Shown here piece by piece: positions 20,195 through 29,746 of a DNA stretch of 64,000 bases. Source of the stretch: SAR116 cluster bacterium AG-325-F22. GTDB lineage: Bacteria > Pseudomonadota > Alphaproteobacteria > Puniceispirillales > Marisalimonadaceae. Below the pieces are notes generated by a model. It was given only the letters and a program-made list of their open reading frames with translations, had not been told where the DNA came from and made no database searches. The stretch spans positions 461 to 64,460 of the forward strand of contig QBYJ01000004.1 of the NCBI GenBank assembly GCA_003282885.1, given 5' to 3'. The translations under genes were made by a program, and so were the position numbers. Each line of letters opens with the position of its first letter. Positions within the stretch are counted from its first letter, which is position 1.

Positions 20195-21019
20195 TTATTG
20201 ACTCATTACAAATCCACCATTTGGGGAAAGAGTCTGCCCGGTCACAAACTTAGCTTCTTTTGAAGCGAGATATACAGCAGCCCATGCTATATCGTCAACT
20301 TCTCCAAACTTTTTCATAGGTGTAGATGATTTAACAAGCCTTATCACATCACCTAGACTACTTGTCATATCAGTATCTATATAACCTGGTGCAATAGCAT
20401 TAACTCTGATATTTCTAGACGCCAATTCTCTTGCAGTAGCTCTTGTATAGCCAAGAATTGCTGCTTTAGCAGCAGAGTAATGTGGAGAAGATGGCCCGCC
20501 AGTAGTCCCTAAAACTGACGCCATATTAATTATAGAGGCACTTTCTTGATTATTCATAATTTTTAAAGCTTCCCTTGTACAAAAAAAGGTGCCGTTTAGA
20601 TGTACAGAAATCATTCTATACCAGTCATCATCTGTCATGTTAACAGTAACGTCGAAGTGAGTGTTGATTTTACCTAATTCAGCAAACTCTCTACTCTGCA
20701 AGTTGTTTACTTTCATTCGTTCATCAAGTAAATCTTGCCTGTTTTCAAAACCATTAATGCCAGCATTATTTACTAGTATATCTAATTGATTAAATTTTGA
20801 TTTAACCTTTGTAAAAACTTTTTTTACATTTTTAGAGTTTGAGACATCCATATAATAAGCTTTTCCGTCAAGTTCGCGGGCTTTTTCATTAGCTTGATCA
20901 ATGTTTATGTCGCATAATATTACCTTGGCGCCTTCATTAAAGAAATGTTTAGCAATAGAAGCTCCTAAACCCCTTGCACCGCCGGTTATAAGAGCAACTT
21001 TATCTTTTAATCGATCCAT
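20195..21019 (-). CDS. Short-chain dehydrogenase/reductase (FabG-like)
   Basis: TGGARGLG, NNAG, YSAAK, VNAIAPG; start could be at 21046. Confidence 0.9.
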   Translation of the reverse strand: MDRLKDKVALITGGARGLGASIAKHFFNEGAKVILCDINIDQANEKARELDGKAYYMDVSNSKNVKKVFTKVKSKFNQLDILVNNAGINGFENRQDLLDERMKVNNLQSREFAELGKINTHFDVTVNMTDDDWYRMISVHLNGTFFCTREALKIMNNQESASIINMASVLGTTGGPSSPHYSAAKAAILGYTRATARELASRNIRVNAIAPGYIDTDMTSSLGDVIRLVKSSTPMKKFGEVDDIAWAAVYLASKEAKFVTGQTLSPNGGFVMSQ

Positions 21020-21101
21020 ATTTGATTTCAGCACAAATTTGTACATGAATAAAGTTTTTTTATGATTTCTTGCTATTTATATAGTAGGGCCATATTTTAG
21101 C

Positions 21102-21581
21102 ATGATGGCAAAAATAGAAAATAATAAAAATAGTAAGTATTTTGAGGATTTTTCAATTGGTGATAAATACTTAATACCATCTAGAACTCAAACTAGTGGT
21201 ATATTTTCAATGTTTCAGGCAGCGTCAGGAGATAATGATCCAATTCATTATGATTTAGAATATTGCAAAAAAAGGGGACACCCAGAAATGTTAGCTCATG
21301 GATTACAAGTAATGATTCAAACTGCAGCGGGTGCTGGAACATTTCCTTCTGAGGTTAGGGACAGTTTAATTGGTTTAATTGAGATTTCAGGAAAAATGTT
21401 AAAACCTGTTTATAGAGAAGATACTTTATACCCTGAACTAATAATTTCAAATCTAATATCTCAAAACACTACAGGGGTTTTAGAAATGAAGGCTGCTATT
21501 TATAACCAAAAAAAAATTTTAGTTTTTTTGGGATTTCACAAATATTTAATTAAAAAGAAAGTAATAAATGTATCAAATTAA
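21102..21581 (+). CDS. MaoC-family dehydratase
   Basis: 'YFEDF.IGD', 'SGDNDPIHYD', 'AHG'. Confidence 0.88.
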   Translation: MMAKIENNKNSKYFEDFSIGDKYLIPSRTQTSGIFSMFQAASGDNDPIHYDLEYCKKRGHPEMLAHGLQVMIQTAAGAGTFPSEVRDSLIGLIEISGKMLKPVYREDTLYPELIISNLISQNTTGVLEMKAAIYNQKKILVFLGFHKYLIKKKVINVSN

Positions 21582-21673
21582 TAAAAGCACTTATCATATT
21601 GTAATTAATATATTATATTGGTTTCTGCTCTTGTGGATACTTTAAAATATTTAAACGTCTAATGGATTGTCAA

Positions 21674-22084
21674 ATGCAAAATATACTAAATAAAATACCA
21701 GAATTCTGTATGTCTCACTGGTTGTTAAGAATACCTCTTATAATTGTTTTTATTCAGCAAGGTATTTCCAAATATCCGGTAAATATTGAAGATGCACAAT
21801 CTTTTGAGTTACCTTTTTTAGTTTGGTGGTTTGTAGTTTATGGAGAGCTTGGTTCTGGTTTTGGTTTGTTAGTTGGAGGAATATTTCAAATATTAGATAA
21901 TAAGTTAGCAGTTATAGGTGATATGATAACCAGATTCAGTGGTTTCACTATTGGCTCTATAATGACCGGTGTTATTTGGATTGGAAAACCCGAGTCATTT
22001 TTAGATGTAATATTATATGATAATTTTCATGTAATTCTGTGGTTTGGTGGACTGTATTTTGCCTTAAGAGGAAATAGGATATAA
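21674..22084 (+). CDS. DoxX-family membrane protein
   Basis: 'WLLRIPL..VFIQQG.SK', 'V.YGE...G.GLL.GG', ending 'YFALRGN'. Confidence 0.75.
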   Translation: MQNILNKIPEFCMSHWLLRIPLIIVFIQQGISKYPVNIEDAQSFELPFLVWWFVVYGELGSGFGLLVGGIFQILDNKLAVIGDMITRFSGFTIGSIMTGVIWIGKPESFLDVILYDNFHVILWFGGLYFALRGNRI

Positions 22085-22237
22085 CTTAAACTTTTTCGAT
22101 TTTTAATTTTATAAAATTTTTGGTGTAATAATGACTAGAGCTTTTATTAGATAAAAGATAATGTTTCTGGTAGTTTTGATTTTTTAACTAAGGGTAACTA
22201 GTAAGGTATCAATATGATGAGCAAATTTGACAATTAT

Positions 22238-22450
22238 TTAGGTTGCCGTATCAATCATTATTAATATACAAATATAGAAAAAAGCAAATATAAAAACAGG
22301 CGCAGCATTCGATATTTGTTTATTAGTATCTGGCTTAGGCTTTTTCCAATCTGCTGGCATATGGTCTCTATCCCATGCATCACGTCTTGTATCTTTTTTA
22401 CGTTGATCAACGTGTATTTTTCTGGGGTCTACTCTATAATCTTCTTTCAT
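22238..22450 (-). CDS. Hypothetical protein with C-terminal TM helix
   Basis: 70-aa ORF with a charged N-terminus and a hydrophobic tail. Confidence 0.5.
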   Translation of the reverse strand: MKEDYRVDPRKIHVDQRKKDTRRDAWDRDHMPADWKKPKPDTNKQISNAAPVFIFAFFYICILIMIDTAT

Positions 22451-22778
22451 TTTCTAAACTCTTTGCCTTTCATACTTTTAGAAACTAACATATTTACTTT
22501 TTCATAAAGTGCAGAGACTCTTCTCGATATTTCATCTTAATTCTAGGATTTTATTATATTTATTAAATAATAAATTTTAATCTTAAAATTAGTCTATAAT
22601 AAAATTTAATTAAAGACTAAATTATTTATGTTTGTTTATTACCTATAAAAAGACTTAATTATAATTTCTTATTTAGTCTCACTCACTATATCAACTTTCA
22701 TCATTTAATATTAATTCTCTGATTTAATTAATTTAAATAAATTAAAAATAGTAAAAAAATTAATTTCTTTATAACCTA

Positions 22779-23540
22779 TTATTTTCTTAATGAAGGAAGG
22801 CCAACACCAGTAGCTTCAAATCCACCATCTACTGAAAGGACTTGCCCTGTAATATAAGATGCTTTTTCAGAAGCTAAAAAATAAATACCATTCGCAATTT
22901 CTTTTTCTGTACCATATCTATTAAGTGGAATTGCATCATGATAAGCTTTTATAATATCTTGGGTATGTACTGCCATTGCTAGTTTTGTTTTTACTGGACC
23001 TGGTGCAATACAATTTACTCTTATGCCAAATTCACCTAATTCAGCAGCCTGTTGTTTAGTTAGTTGAATAACAGCTGCCTTTGAGGTTCCATAAGCTACT
23101 CTTAAGGTTGATGCACGTAAACCAGATATAGACGCAATATTAATTATATTTCCTTTTGTTTTTTTTAAATGCGATATTGCTTTTTGTGAGCATAAAAAAA
23201 CACCATCTAAATTTATTTTCATAACTTCATTCCATCTCTTGAAATTGGTTTCCTCAATATTACCAAAATCAGCTACACCTGCATTGTTAACTAATACATC
23301 AATTCTATTATGCCACTCTAATATTTGACTATACATTTTCTCTAATTCATCATCATTTGAAATATCAAAACAAAATATTTTTAAATTTTCATTTGTAAAA
23401 GATAAGTTATCAATCTCTTTCTTATCATTATCAACAATTGCAACTTTATAACCATTTTCATTAAACATAAGAGCTGTAGCTAGCCCAATCCCTCTAGCTG
23501 CTCCCGTAACTATGGCTAACTTTTTACTATCTTCATTCAA
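22779..23540 (-). CDS. Short-chain dehydrogenase/reductase
   Basis: TGAARGIG, NNAG, YGTSK, VNCIAPG. Confidence 0.9.
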   Translation of the reverse strand: MNEDSKKLAIVTGAARGIGLATALMFNENGYKVAIVDNDKKEIDNLSFTNENLKIFCFDISNDDELEKMYSQILEWHNRIDVLVNNAGVADFGNIEETNFKRWNEVMKINLDGVFLCSQKAISHLKKTKGNIINIASISGLRASTLRVAYGTSKAAVIQLTKQQAAELGEFGIRVNCIAPGPVKTKLAMAVHTQDIIKAYHDAIPLNRYGTEKEIANGIYFLASEKASYITGQVLSVDGGFEATGVGLPSLRK

Positions 23541-23561
23541 TGTTTGTGTATACTCAACTTT

Positions 23562-24206
23562 TCAGATTAGGTTATTAATTGGATTTGATGGCCTATCTTC
23601 AAGTTCTGATTTCCATCTAAAAACATTTTTGTATTCATCTTCAAGATCAATTTTTAAGATTTTTGATAAATTAAACATAAAATGTGCTGTTATGTCTGCA
23701 ATAGAAAATTTTTCTCCAGTAATAAACTTGTTTTTTGAAAGATATGGTTCAACCCTATTAAGAAAAATTTTAAACATTTCAATTCCACGAATAACAATTT
23801 CAGGTGATTGATCAATTTCGTTCCGCGTGCCCGGAACTACTTTTCCCTTAAAAAAAGATGTTTTATTTCTTACAGAATGCAAGAGAGGTAAAAATCCATC
23901 TAATTCTATTCTTCTGTTCCACATATCAATAATAGCTATCTCTTTACTATTACTCCCAAACAAATTTGGATTTTCAAATTTATCTTCTAAATAACGACAA
24001 ATTGATATTGTTTCAGAAATAATTGTACCATCTTCTAATTCTAAAAATGGGACACAATTAAACGGGTTCATTGTATTATATGGTTCTTTAAATATTTCAT
24101 CTTCTCTAACATTGACTTGAATAGTTTCTATATCTATTTTTTTCTCTTTTAGGAACATTTCAACTCTAAGTGCGTTTGCTGCAGGGGTGAAAGTGTATAA
24201 CTTCAT
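23562..24206 (-). CDS. Glutathione S-transferase
   Basis: 'NP...VP.LE..DG..ISET..I.RYLE', 'FSIADI'. Confidence 0.88.
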   Translation of the reverse strand: MKLYTFTPAANALRVEMFLKEKKIDIETIQVNVREDEIFKEPYNTMNPFNCVPFLELEDGTIISETISICRYLEDKFENPNLFGSNSKEIAIIDMWNRRIELDGFLPLLHSVRNKTSFFKGKVVPGTRNEIDQSPEIVIRGIEMFKIFLNRVEPYLSKNKFITGEKFSIADITAHFMFNLSKILKIDLEDEYKNVFRWKSELEDRPSNPINNLI

Positions 24207-24251
24207 TATTAACCTCTAAATTTTTAGTTAAAAAAATATCTATTAATTGAA

Positions 24252-25013
24252 TTAGTTTTTTATTCTATATCCAGTTTTAAAAATGTACCAAATTATACTA
24301 ATACATATGCTAGTGAACAACAGTATAAAAAAAATACTTGTCAGTATTGGCACATCACCAATACCAAAAAAAGCCCATCTAAAGCCAGATATTAAATAAA
24401 CTATAGGATTTAATAGAGCAAAGTTTTGCCAGAAAGGAGGTAACATGTCTATTGTATAAAAACTTCCACCTAAAAACACTAATGGAGTGATTATTAACAT
24501 TGGAGCTATGTTTAGTTGCTCAAAATTATCTGATACAATACCAATAATAAAGCCAAGAAGGCTAAAACTAATGCACGTTAACAATAAAAAAAATAACATA
24601 AAAATTGGGTGTACAATATCTATCGTAACAAACAGATATGATGTTGCTAATATTATTAAGCCTATTGAGAATGCTTTAGTTGTTGCCGCACCTACATAAC
24701 CAATCACTATTTCAACAAATGATAATGGAGCTGACAAAAGTTCATAAGTAGTTCCAATAAATTTTGGAAAATAAATACCAAATGAAGCATTGTTTACACT
24801 TTGCATTTGAACAGTTAACATTATTAATCCTGGAACAATAAATGCGCCATAAGTTACATTACTAATGTTTTCCATCCTTGAACCAATAGCAGCGCCAAAA
24901 ACAATAAAATAAAGTATTGTTGATAAAACCGGAGAGACAAGACTTTGAATTAGAGTCCTAAAGGATCTATTCATCTCGTATATATAGATTGCTTGTATTC
25001 CTCGCAGGTTCAT
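24252..25013 (-). CDS. ABC-2 permease (YadH-like)
   Basis: 'SPV.S..LYF.VFG', 'FIVPGL', 'LNPIVYLISGFR'. Confidence 0.88.
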   Translation of the reverse strand: MNLRGIQAIYIYEMNRSFRTLIQSLVSPVLSTILYFIVFGAAIGSRMENISNVTYGAFIVPGLIMLTVQMQSVNNASFGIYFPKFIGTTYELLSAPLSFVEIVIGYVGAATTKAFSIGLIILATSYLFVTIDIVHPIFMLFFLLLTCISFSLLGFIIGIVSDNFEQLNIAPMLIITPLVFLGGSFYTIDMLPPFWQNFALLNPIVYLISGFRWAFFGIGDVPILTSIFFILLFTSICISIIWYIFKTGYRIKN

Positions 25014-25016
25014 TGA

Positions 25017-25937
25017 TTAGTCCTTAATAATTTTTACAAAAATATCTTCTAATGATGTTTCTTCTGTTTGAATGTCAAATAAATTTATACCAATTTGGTT
25101 CATGTCTGAGAGTAGGGAAGTTATACCAGTTTTTTCTTTTCCCGTATTATAGTAATAATGAAATGAATTGCCCTGATCAATAAGTTTTAGATTATATTTT
25201 TTAAGTTTGGAGGGAATTGTTGAAAGTGATTTTTTTAGTTTTACTTTAAGTGTTTTAACGCTCATTCTTTTAATAAGTTTGTTTTTTTCTTCAACAAGCA
25301 GTAATTCCCCATGGTTAATTATACCTATATTATCCGCGATCATTTCAGCTTCTTCAATATAGTGAGTAGTCAAAATTATAGTAACACCTTCATTTTTTAA
25401 TTCTTTAATAATGTTCCACATATCTTTACGTAATTCAACGTCAACTCCTGCTGTAGGCTCGTCAAGAAATAAGATTTTAGGGTTGTGACTTAAGGCCTTG
25501 GCTATCATTACTCGACGTTTCATTCCGCCTGATAGAGATTTAATGATATTATCTTTTTTATCATATAGTTGTAATTTCTTTAAAAGATTTTCAATATATT
25601 CAACATCATCTTTTTTACCAAACAATCGCCTGGAAAATTTGACTGAGTTAATAACTTTTTCAAAAGGTTCCAGTGCTAATTCCTGAGGTACAAGCCCAAT
25701 AATCTCTCTTGTTTTTCTATAATCCTTAATCACATCAAATCCATTTACAGTGATACTCCCACATGTTATTGATGTAAGGCCACATATTGTAGAAATGAGA
25801 GTGGTTTTACCCGCTCCATTAGGACCAAGGAGGGCAATTATTTCACCATGATTAATTTTCAGACTTAAATTTTTAACTGCAATAAAATCACTGTCATATT
25901 TCTTAACTAAATTTTTAACTGAAATTATTTCTGACAA
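25017..25937 (-). CDS. ABC-2 ATPase (YadG-like)
   Basis: GPNGAGKTT, LSGGMKRR, LDEPTAGVD, TTHY. Confidence 0.9.
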   Translation of the reverse strand: MSEIISVKNLVKKYDSDFIAVKNLSLKINHGEIIALLGPNGAGKTTLISTICGLTSITCGSITVNGFDVIKDYRKTREIIGLVPQELALEPFEKVINSVKFSRRLFGKKDDVEYIENLLKKLQLYDKKDNIIKSLSGGMKRRVMIAKALSHNPKILFLDEPTAGVDVELRKDMWNIIKELKNEGVTIILTTHYIEEAEMIADNIGIINHGELLLVEEKNKLIKRMSVKTLKVKLKKSLSTIPSKLKKYNLKLIDQGNSFHYYYNTGKEKTGITSLLSDMNQIGINLFDIQTEETSLEDIFVKIIKD

Positions 25938-26065
25938 TTCTTTTTCCTTAATTTATATAAATAGATCATTACATTGATTTTATATAAAAGTAATTTTTTT
26001 AATTAAATTCTTTTAAAAAATATAATTATTAACTTTGTAATAGGAACAGAAACTAGAAAATTAAT

Positions 26066-26242
26066 TCAGTTTGCAATTATTAACATTCTTTTTTTAAGCT
26101 GTTTTTGAAGCGCTTTTACATCGAATGGTTTCATTTTTTTCCATTTTTGGCATTCTTCTCTTGTTCTTCCACACCCTATGCACCAACCATTTTGACCGGT
26201 AAATTTACAGACATCAATGCAAGGACTTTTCTGACTTTTCAT
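26066..26242 (-). CDS. DUF1289 (YdhL-like) small Cys-rich protein; absent from the ORF track
   Basis: Manual translation MKSQKSPCIDVCKFTGQNGWCIGCGRTREECQKWKKM...IAN* (58 aa) shows the SPC..VC...C.GC.RT..E...W signature. Confidence 0.85.
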   Translation of the reverse strand: MKSQKSPCIDVCKFTGQNGWCIGCGRTREECQKWKKMKPFDVKALQKQLKKRMLIIAN

Positions 26243-26270
26243 TCTTGTAATCTTAAAATTACCATTATAT

Positions 26271-26741
26271 TCAATCTCCTTGATAAGGTAATGAAGAATG
26301 ATGAAGGTTTATAACTAGTTCTCCATTATCATTCTTAATGTACCCAAAAGTATACTCAACTTTAACTTCTTCACTTTCACTGCTAGTTTGAAAATAATAA
26401 TTGCCCATTACTAGAGCGTTATAACCTTCCAAAATAAAGTATCTATCGCCAAAACGAATTTTTTTCCACGATTTTAAAGCAAATCCTTTATCCTCTTTGA
26501 TTGAACCACCGACGAAATAAGATAAAGCGTCATCAAATTTTATTCTGAACTGGTTTTTTGAGGCTAAAGTTGGTTTGAAAAGTACGTTACTAAAACCATA
26601 TGCGTAAAAATTAGAAACAAAGTCGTATGCAGCTTTCTTATAGTCACCACTATTTATATAAAGATCTCCAATTTGAATAATATTATCTGCCCATAATCTT
26701 TGAGCATTAATTACATCTTTTTTTGAAATATTATTTTTCAA
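26271..26741 (-). CDS. Iota-class carbonic anhydrase-like protein (COG4337 type)
   Basis: 'LFKPTLA', 'ALSYFVGG', 'EDKGFA', 'MGNYYF', 'KVEYTFGY' and C-terminal 'HHSSLPY'. Confidence 0.78.
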   Translation of the reverse strand: MKNNISKKDVINAQRLWADNIIQIGDLYINSGDYKKAAYDFVSNFYAYGFSNVLFKPTLASKNQFRIKFDDALSYFVGGSIKEDKGFALKSWKKIRFGDRYFILEGYNALVMGNYYFQTSSESEEVKVEYTFGYIKNDNGELVINLHHSSLPYQGD

Positions 26742-26882
26742 TTTTCTAATTATCTTTCAACTATCATGACTAAATATAATATGAATATTATTAATCAACA
26801 AAAATATCTATAATTTTCTTTTAAGTAACAAAACAAAAAGGTTTTTAACATTGGCTGTAGTAGGGCGTTGTCAAAAAAAAAA

Positions 26883-26902
26883 TGCAATGTTATAACATTG
26901 CA
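26883..26902. promoter_or_regulatory. Putative Zur box
   Basis: Perfect 20-bp palindrome TGCAATGTTATAACATTGCA about 37 nt upstream of zur; TGTTATAACA core typical of proteobacterial Zur sites. Confidence 0.8.
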
Positions 26903-26939
26903 ATAAGTGAATAATTACTTTTTTAATTAAAGGGAAAAA

Positions 26940-27332
26940 ATGGTAAAAAGTAAATCTCGTCTAACTCATGCAGATCGAGTATTTCAGTATCTAAAAAGTA
27001 AAGATCAACCACTTTCAGCTTATGATATTTTGGAGGGCATGAGGTCAGAAGGCGTTGCAGCCGCTACTACAGTTTATAGAGCTTTAGACAAATTACTGAC
27101 TATTGGATTAGTGCACAAAATAGAATCTCTTAATGCATGGACAGTATGTTGTGGATCTCACAATGATAAAACACCTGTCTTTGAAATATGCAATGATTGC
27201 GGATACGTTAAGGAACATCTTGACCAAGATTTCACAAATAATATAAATAATTTATCCAAAAGAACTGGTTTTATCCCAGATAATCCAGTTCTAGAAATTC
27301 ACGGTCGATGTGGTGCATGTGCAAATAATTAA
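26940..27332 (+). CDS. zur: Fur-family regulator, Zur-like
   Basis: 'SAYDIL', 'TVYRALDKL...[13 protein letters not shown]', CxxC and C-terminal CxxC. Confidence 0.85.
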   Translation: MVKSKSRLTHADRVFQYLKSKDQPLSAYDILEGMRSEGVAAATTVYRALDKLLTIGLVHKIESLNAWTVCCGSHNDKTPVFEICNDCGYVKEHLDQDFTNNINNLSKRTGFIPDNPVLEIHGRCGACANN

Positions 27333-27364
27333 TAGAATGCCTGAAAGGAAAAATAATTAATGAT

Positions 27365-28327
27365 ATGTCGCAAGTACCAGTAACAGTACTAACTGGATTT
27401 CTCGGTGCTGGTAAAACTACACTCCTAAATCGTATACTTACAGAACAGCATGGGCAAAAATATGCTGTAATTGTTAATGAATTTGGAGAACAAGGTATTG
27501 ATAATGATCTTGTTGTCGATGCTGATGAAGAAGTTTTTGAAATGAATAATGGCTGTATTTGTTGTACAGTCAGAGGTGACCTAATTCGTATACTTGGCGG
27601 TCTAATGAAGCGTGCGGACAAACTTGACGCAATTATAGTTGAGACTACAGGCCTTGCAGATCCAGCTCCAGTTGCACAGACGTTTTTTGTAGACCAAGAT
27701 GTTTCTGACAGAACTAAATTAGACGCTATAGTTACAGTTGCTGATGCCGTTCACTTAAGTTCACAACTTGGAGAGCATCATTAAGCTGAAGAACAAATAG
27801 CATTTGCAGATGTTGTACTACTTAATAAAATTGACCTTGTTGATGATAAAGCCGTTCAAAGTGTTGAAACTCGTATCCGTAAAATAAACCCTTACGCAAA
27901 AATTATTAAAACTAATCACTGCTCTGCGCCACTAACGGAAGTTCTAGGTTTAAACGCCTTTAGTTTGGATCGAGTTTTAGAAGTTGAACCAGATTTTCTA
28001 GAATCTGACCATGACCATGAACATGATGATGATGTTACAAGTTTATCATTTGTGTCTGATACGCCTTTAGATATGGATAAATTTCAAGCTTGGTTTGGTA
28101 ATTTGTTACAAGAAAAAGGCCAAGATATTTTGAGATCTAAAGGCATTCTGAATTTTGAAGGTAGAGATGATAGGTATGTTTTCCAAGGAGTTCATATGCT
28201 TATGGACGCATCTCCAATGGGTCCATGGCCGGCAGGTAAAGATCGCAGTTCAAGAGTTGTGTTTATTGGAAGAAATCTTGAAAGTATGGACCTTGAAGAA
28301 GGTTTTGAAGGCTGTAAAGTAGCCTAA
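27365..28327 (+). pseudogene. COG0523/CobW Zn-metallochaperone GTPase interrupted by one in-frame TAA (27782-27784)
   Basis: [17 protein letters not shown] and ETTG before the stop; the same frame continues AEEQIAFADVVLLNKIDL...FQGVH...VFIG to 28327. Confidence 0.82.
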
Positions 28328-28363
28328 ATGTCCAAGTTATATACTACCAAATAGCATATATTG

Positions 28364-29419
28364 ATGTCAGAGAGAGAAAAATTTTTAAAAGAAAAAATAT
28401 CTTCCCTTGTGCCAAAGGAAACTGAGCTAGAAAGTAGGGGGGAGCATTTTGATTTTCATGCTCCTGTAACTTGTTCAGTGACTACCAGTCATTCGATTGC
28501 TGTTGGTTTTGGTGATGGTACAGTTAGGTTTTTTTTTGAAGGAGAAAAACCTAGAATTATTGACGCTCATAACGGTGTTGTTTTATCAATAGCTACAAAT
28601 GGCGAATATATATTTAATGGTGGAGATGATGGAAGATTTTTAAAGTTATCTAAAAATGGAGATATTGTTGAGATAGCTAATTTTAATTCTCGTTGGGTAG
28701 ACTCTGTTGCTGCTTACAAAGATAATATGGTTTGCTCATCTGGTCGTAATATCTACATATGGTCTGAGGATCAAAAGAAAGCAAAGTCACTTGAGCATTC
28801 AAGTACTGTAGGAGGTTTAGCCTTTGATTATACTGGAAAACGTTTAGCTGTTTCTTCATATGGAGGTGTAACAGTATGGGAACGAGGAGAGCGTCAGTGG
28901 ACGTCAAAAAGATTAGTATGGAAAGGTTCTCACAGTAAAGTAGGTTTTAGTCCAGATGGAAAATATATTGTAACTTCAATGCAAGAAAGTGAACTTCACG
29001 GTTGGCGTTTAAGAGATAAAGTTGACTTAGCCATGAGAGGCTATCCTGCAAAGATTAAGAGTTTTGCATGGGTTGGAGATACTCCGCATTTAGCAACTTC
29101 TGGAGACCATCAAGCTATATGTTGGCCATTTGATGGAAAAGATGGACCACTTGGTCGTGAACCAGTTTGTGTTGCAGATTGTGGCAAACAAATTTCAACT
29201 TTTATAGAGCCCTTGAATGGAGAAAAAGCTATTTTTGTTGGTTTTAATGATGGTAGTGTCTTATTGTCTGAGCTCGATGAAAATAAAAATCCATTTGTAA
29301 TAAGAAATCCAAAAGGTTCTGAAATTTCTGCAATAGCAATTTCTCCTAATCGTTCACATATCTTAATAGGTGACACAAACGGAAATATTTTATGGTCTAC
29401 GCTATGGAAAAATAATTAG
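28364..29419 (+). CDS. WD40/beta-propeller protein
   Basis: Repeating 'G..DG...', 'AFD..G..LA' and 'FSPDG' blade patterns; directly downstream of COG0523. Confidence 0.85.
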   Translation: MSEREKFLKEKISSLVPKETELESRGEHFDFHAPVTCSVTTSHSIAVGFGDGTVRFFFEGEKPRIIDAHNGVVLSIATNGEYIFNGGDDGRFLKLSKNGDIVEIANFNSRWVDSVAAYKDNMVCSSGRNIYIWSEDQKKAKSLEHSSTVGGLAFDYTGKRLAVSSYGGVTVWERGERQWTSKRLVWKGSHSKVGFSPDGKYIVTSMQESELHGWRLRDKVDLAMRGYPAKIKSFAWVGDTPHLATSGDHQAICWPFDGKDGPLGREPVCVADCGKQISTFIEPLNGEKAIFVGFNDGSVLLSELDENKNPFVIRNPKGSEISAIAISPNRSHILIGDTNGNILWSTLWKNN

Positions 29420-29677
29420 ATGGTAGGAATGTTTGAACGCAAAAATGCAAGTCCTGAAGTAATTAGAGATTTAAAAAATAAAATTACTAAGAAATTAAAT
29501 TTACCAGAAAGTACAATTTTAAGTATTGCAGAACTTTATTGTCATGAGCCTAATTGTCCTCCTAAAGAGACTGTAATCACAACTAGATCTATTGATGGGT
29601 CTGTCAAAAACTGGCGTTTAGCTAAATCTATTGATGAGATTGGTATAGAAGACCTAGAAAAACTTAATCAAAGTTAG
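29420..29677 (+). CDS. Small protein with CxxxxCPP motif (COG0523/WD40-associated)
   Basis: 'ELYCHEPNCPPKETVI'; starts immediately after the WD40 stop. Confidence 0.7.
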   Translation: MVGMFERKNASPEVIRDLKNKITKKLNLPESTILSIAELYCHEPNCPPKETVITTRSIDGSVKNWRLAKSIDEIGIEDLEKLNQS

Positions 29678-29746
29678 AATTTTTTAATTTAATGTTATTA
29701 ATTAATAGGTTAATCAAAATTTAAATAATTTAAATTAATTTTGGTT

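Noticed and set aside
22540-22778. Long AT-rich intergenic stretch as possible ncRNA, origin or CRISPR leader
   Set aside because: No repeats, DnaA-box cluster or stable GC stem is visible.
26105-26314. 69-aa plus-strand ORF in the track
   Set aside because: It overlaps the minus-strand DUF1289 gene, which has a clear family signature.
27782-27784. Stop-codon recoding (Sec/Pyl or alternative code) in COG0523
   Set aside because: The codon is TAA at a Glu position, and TAA terminates most genes here.
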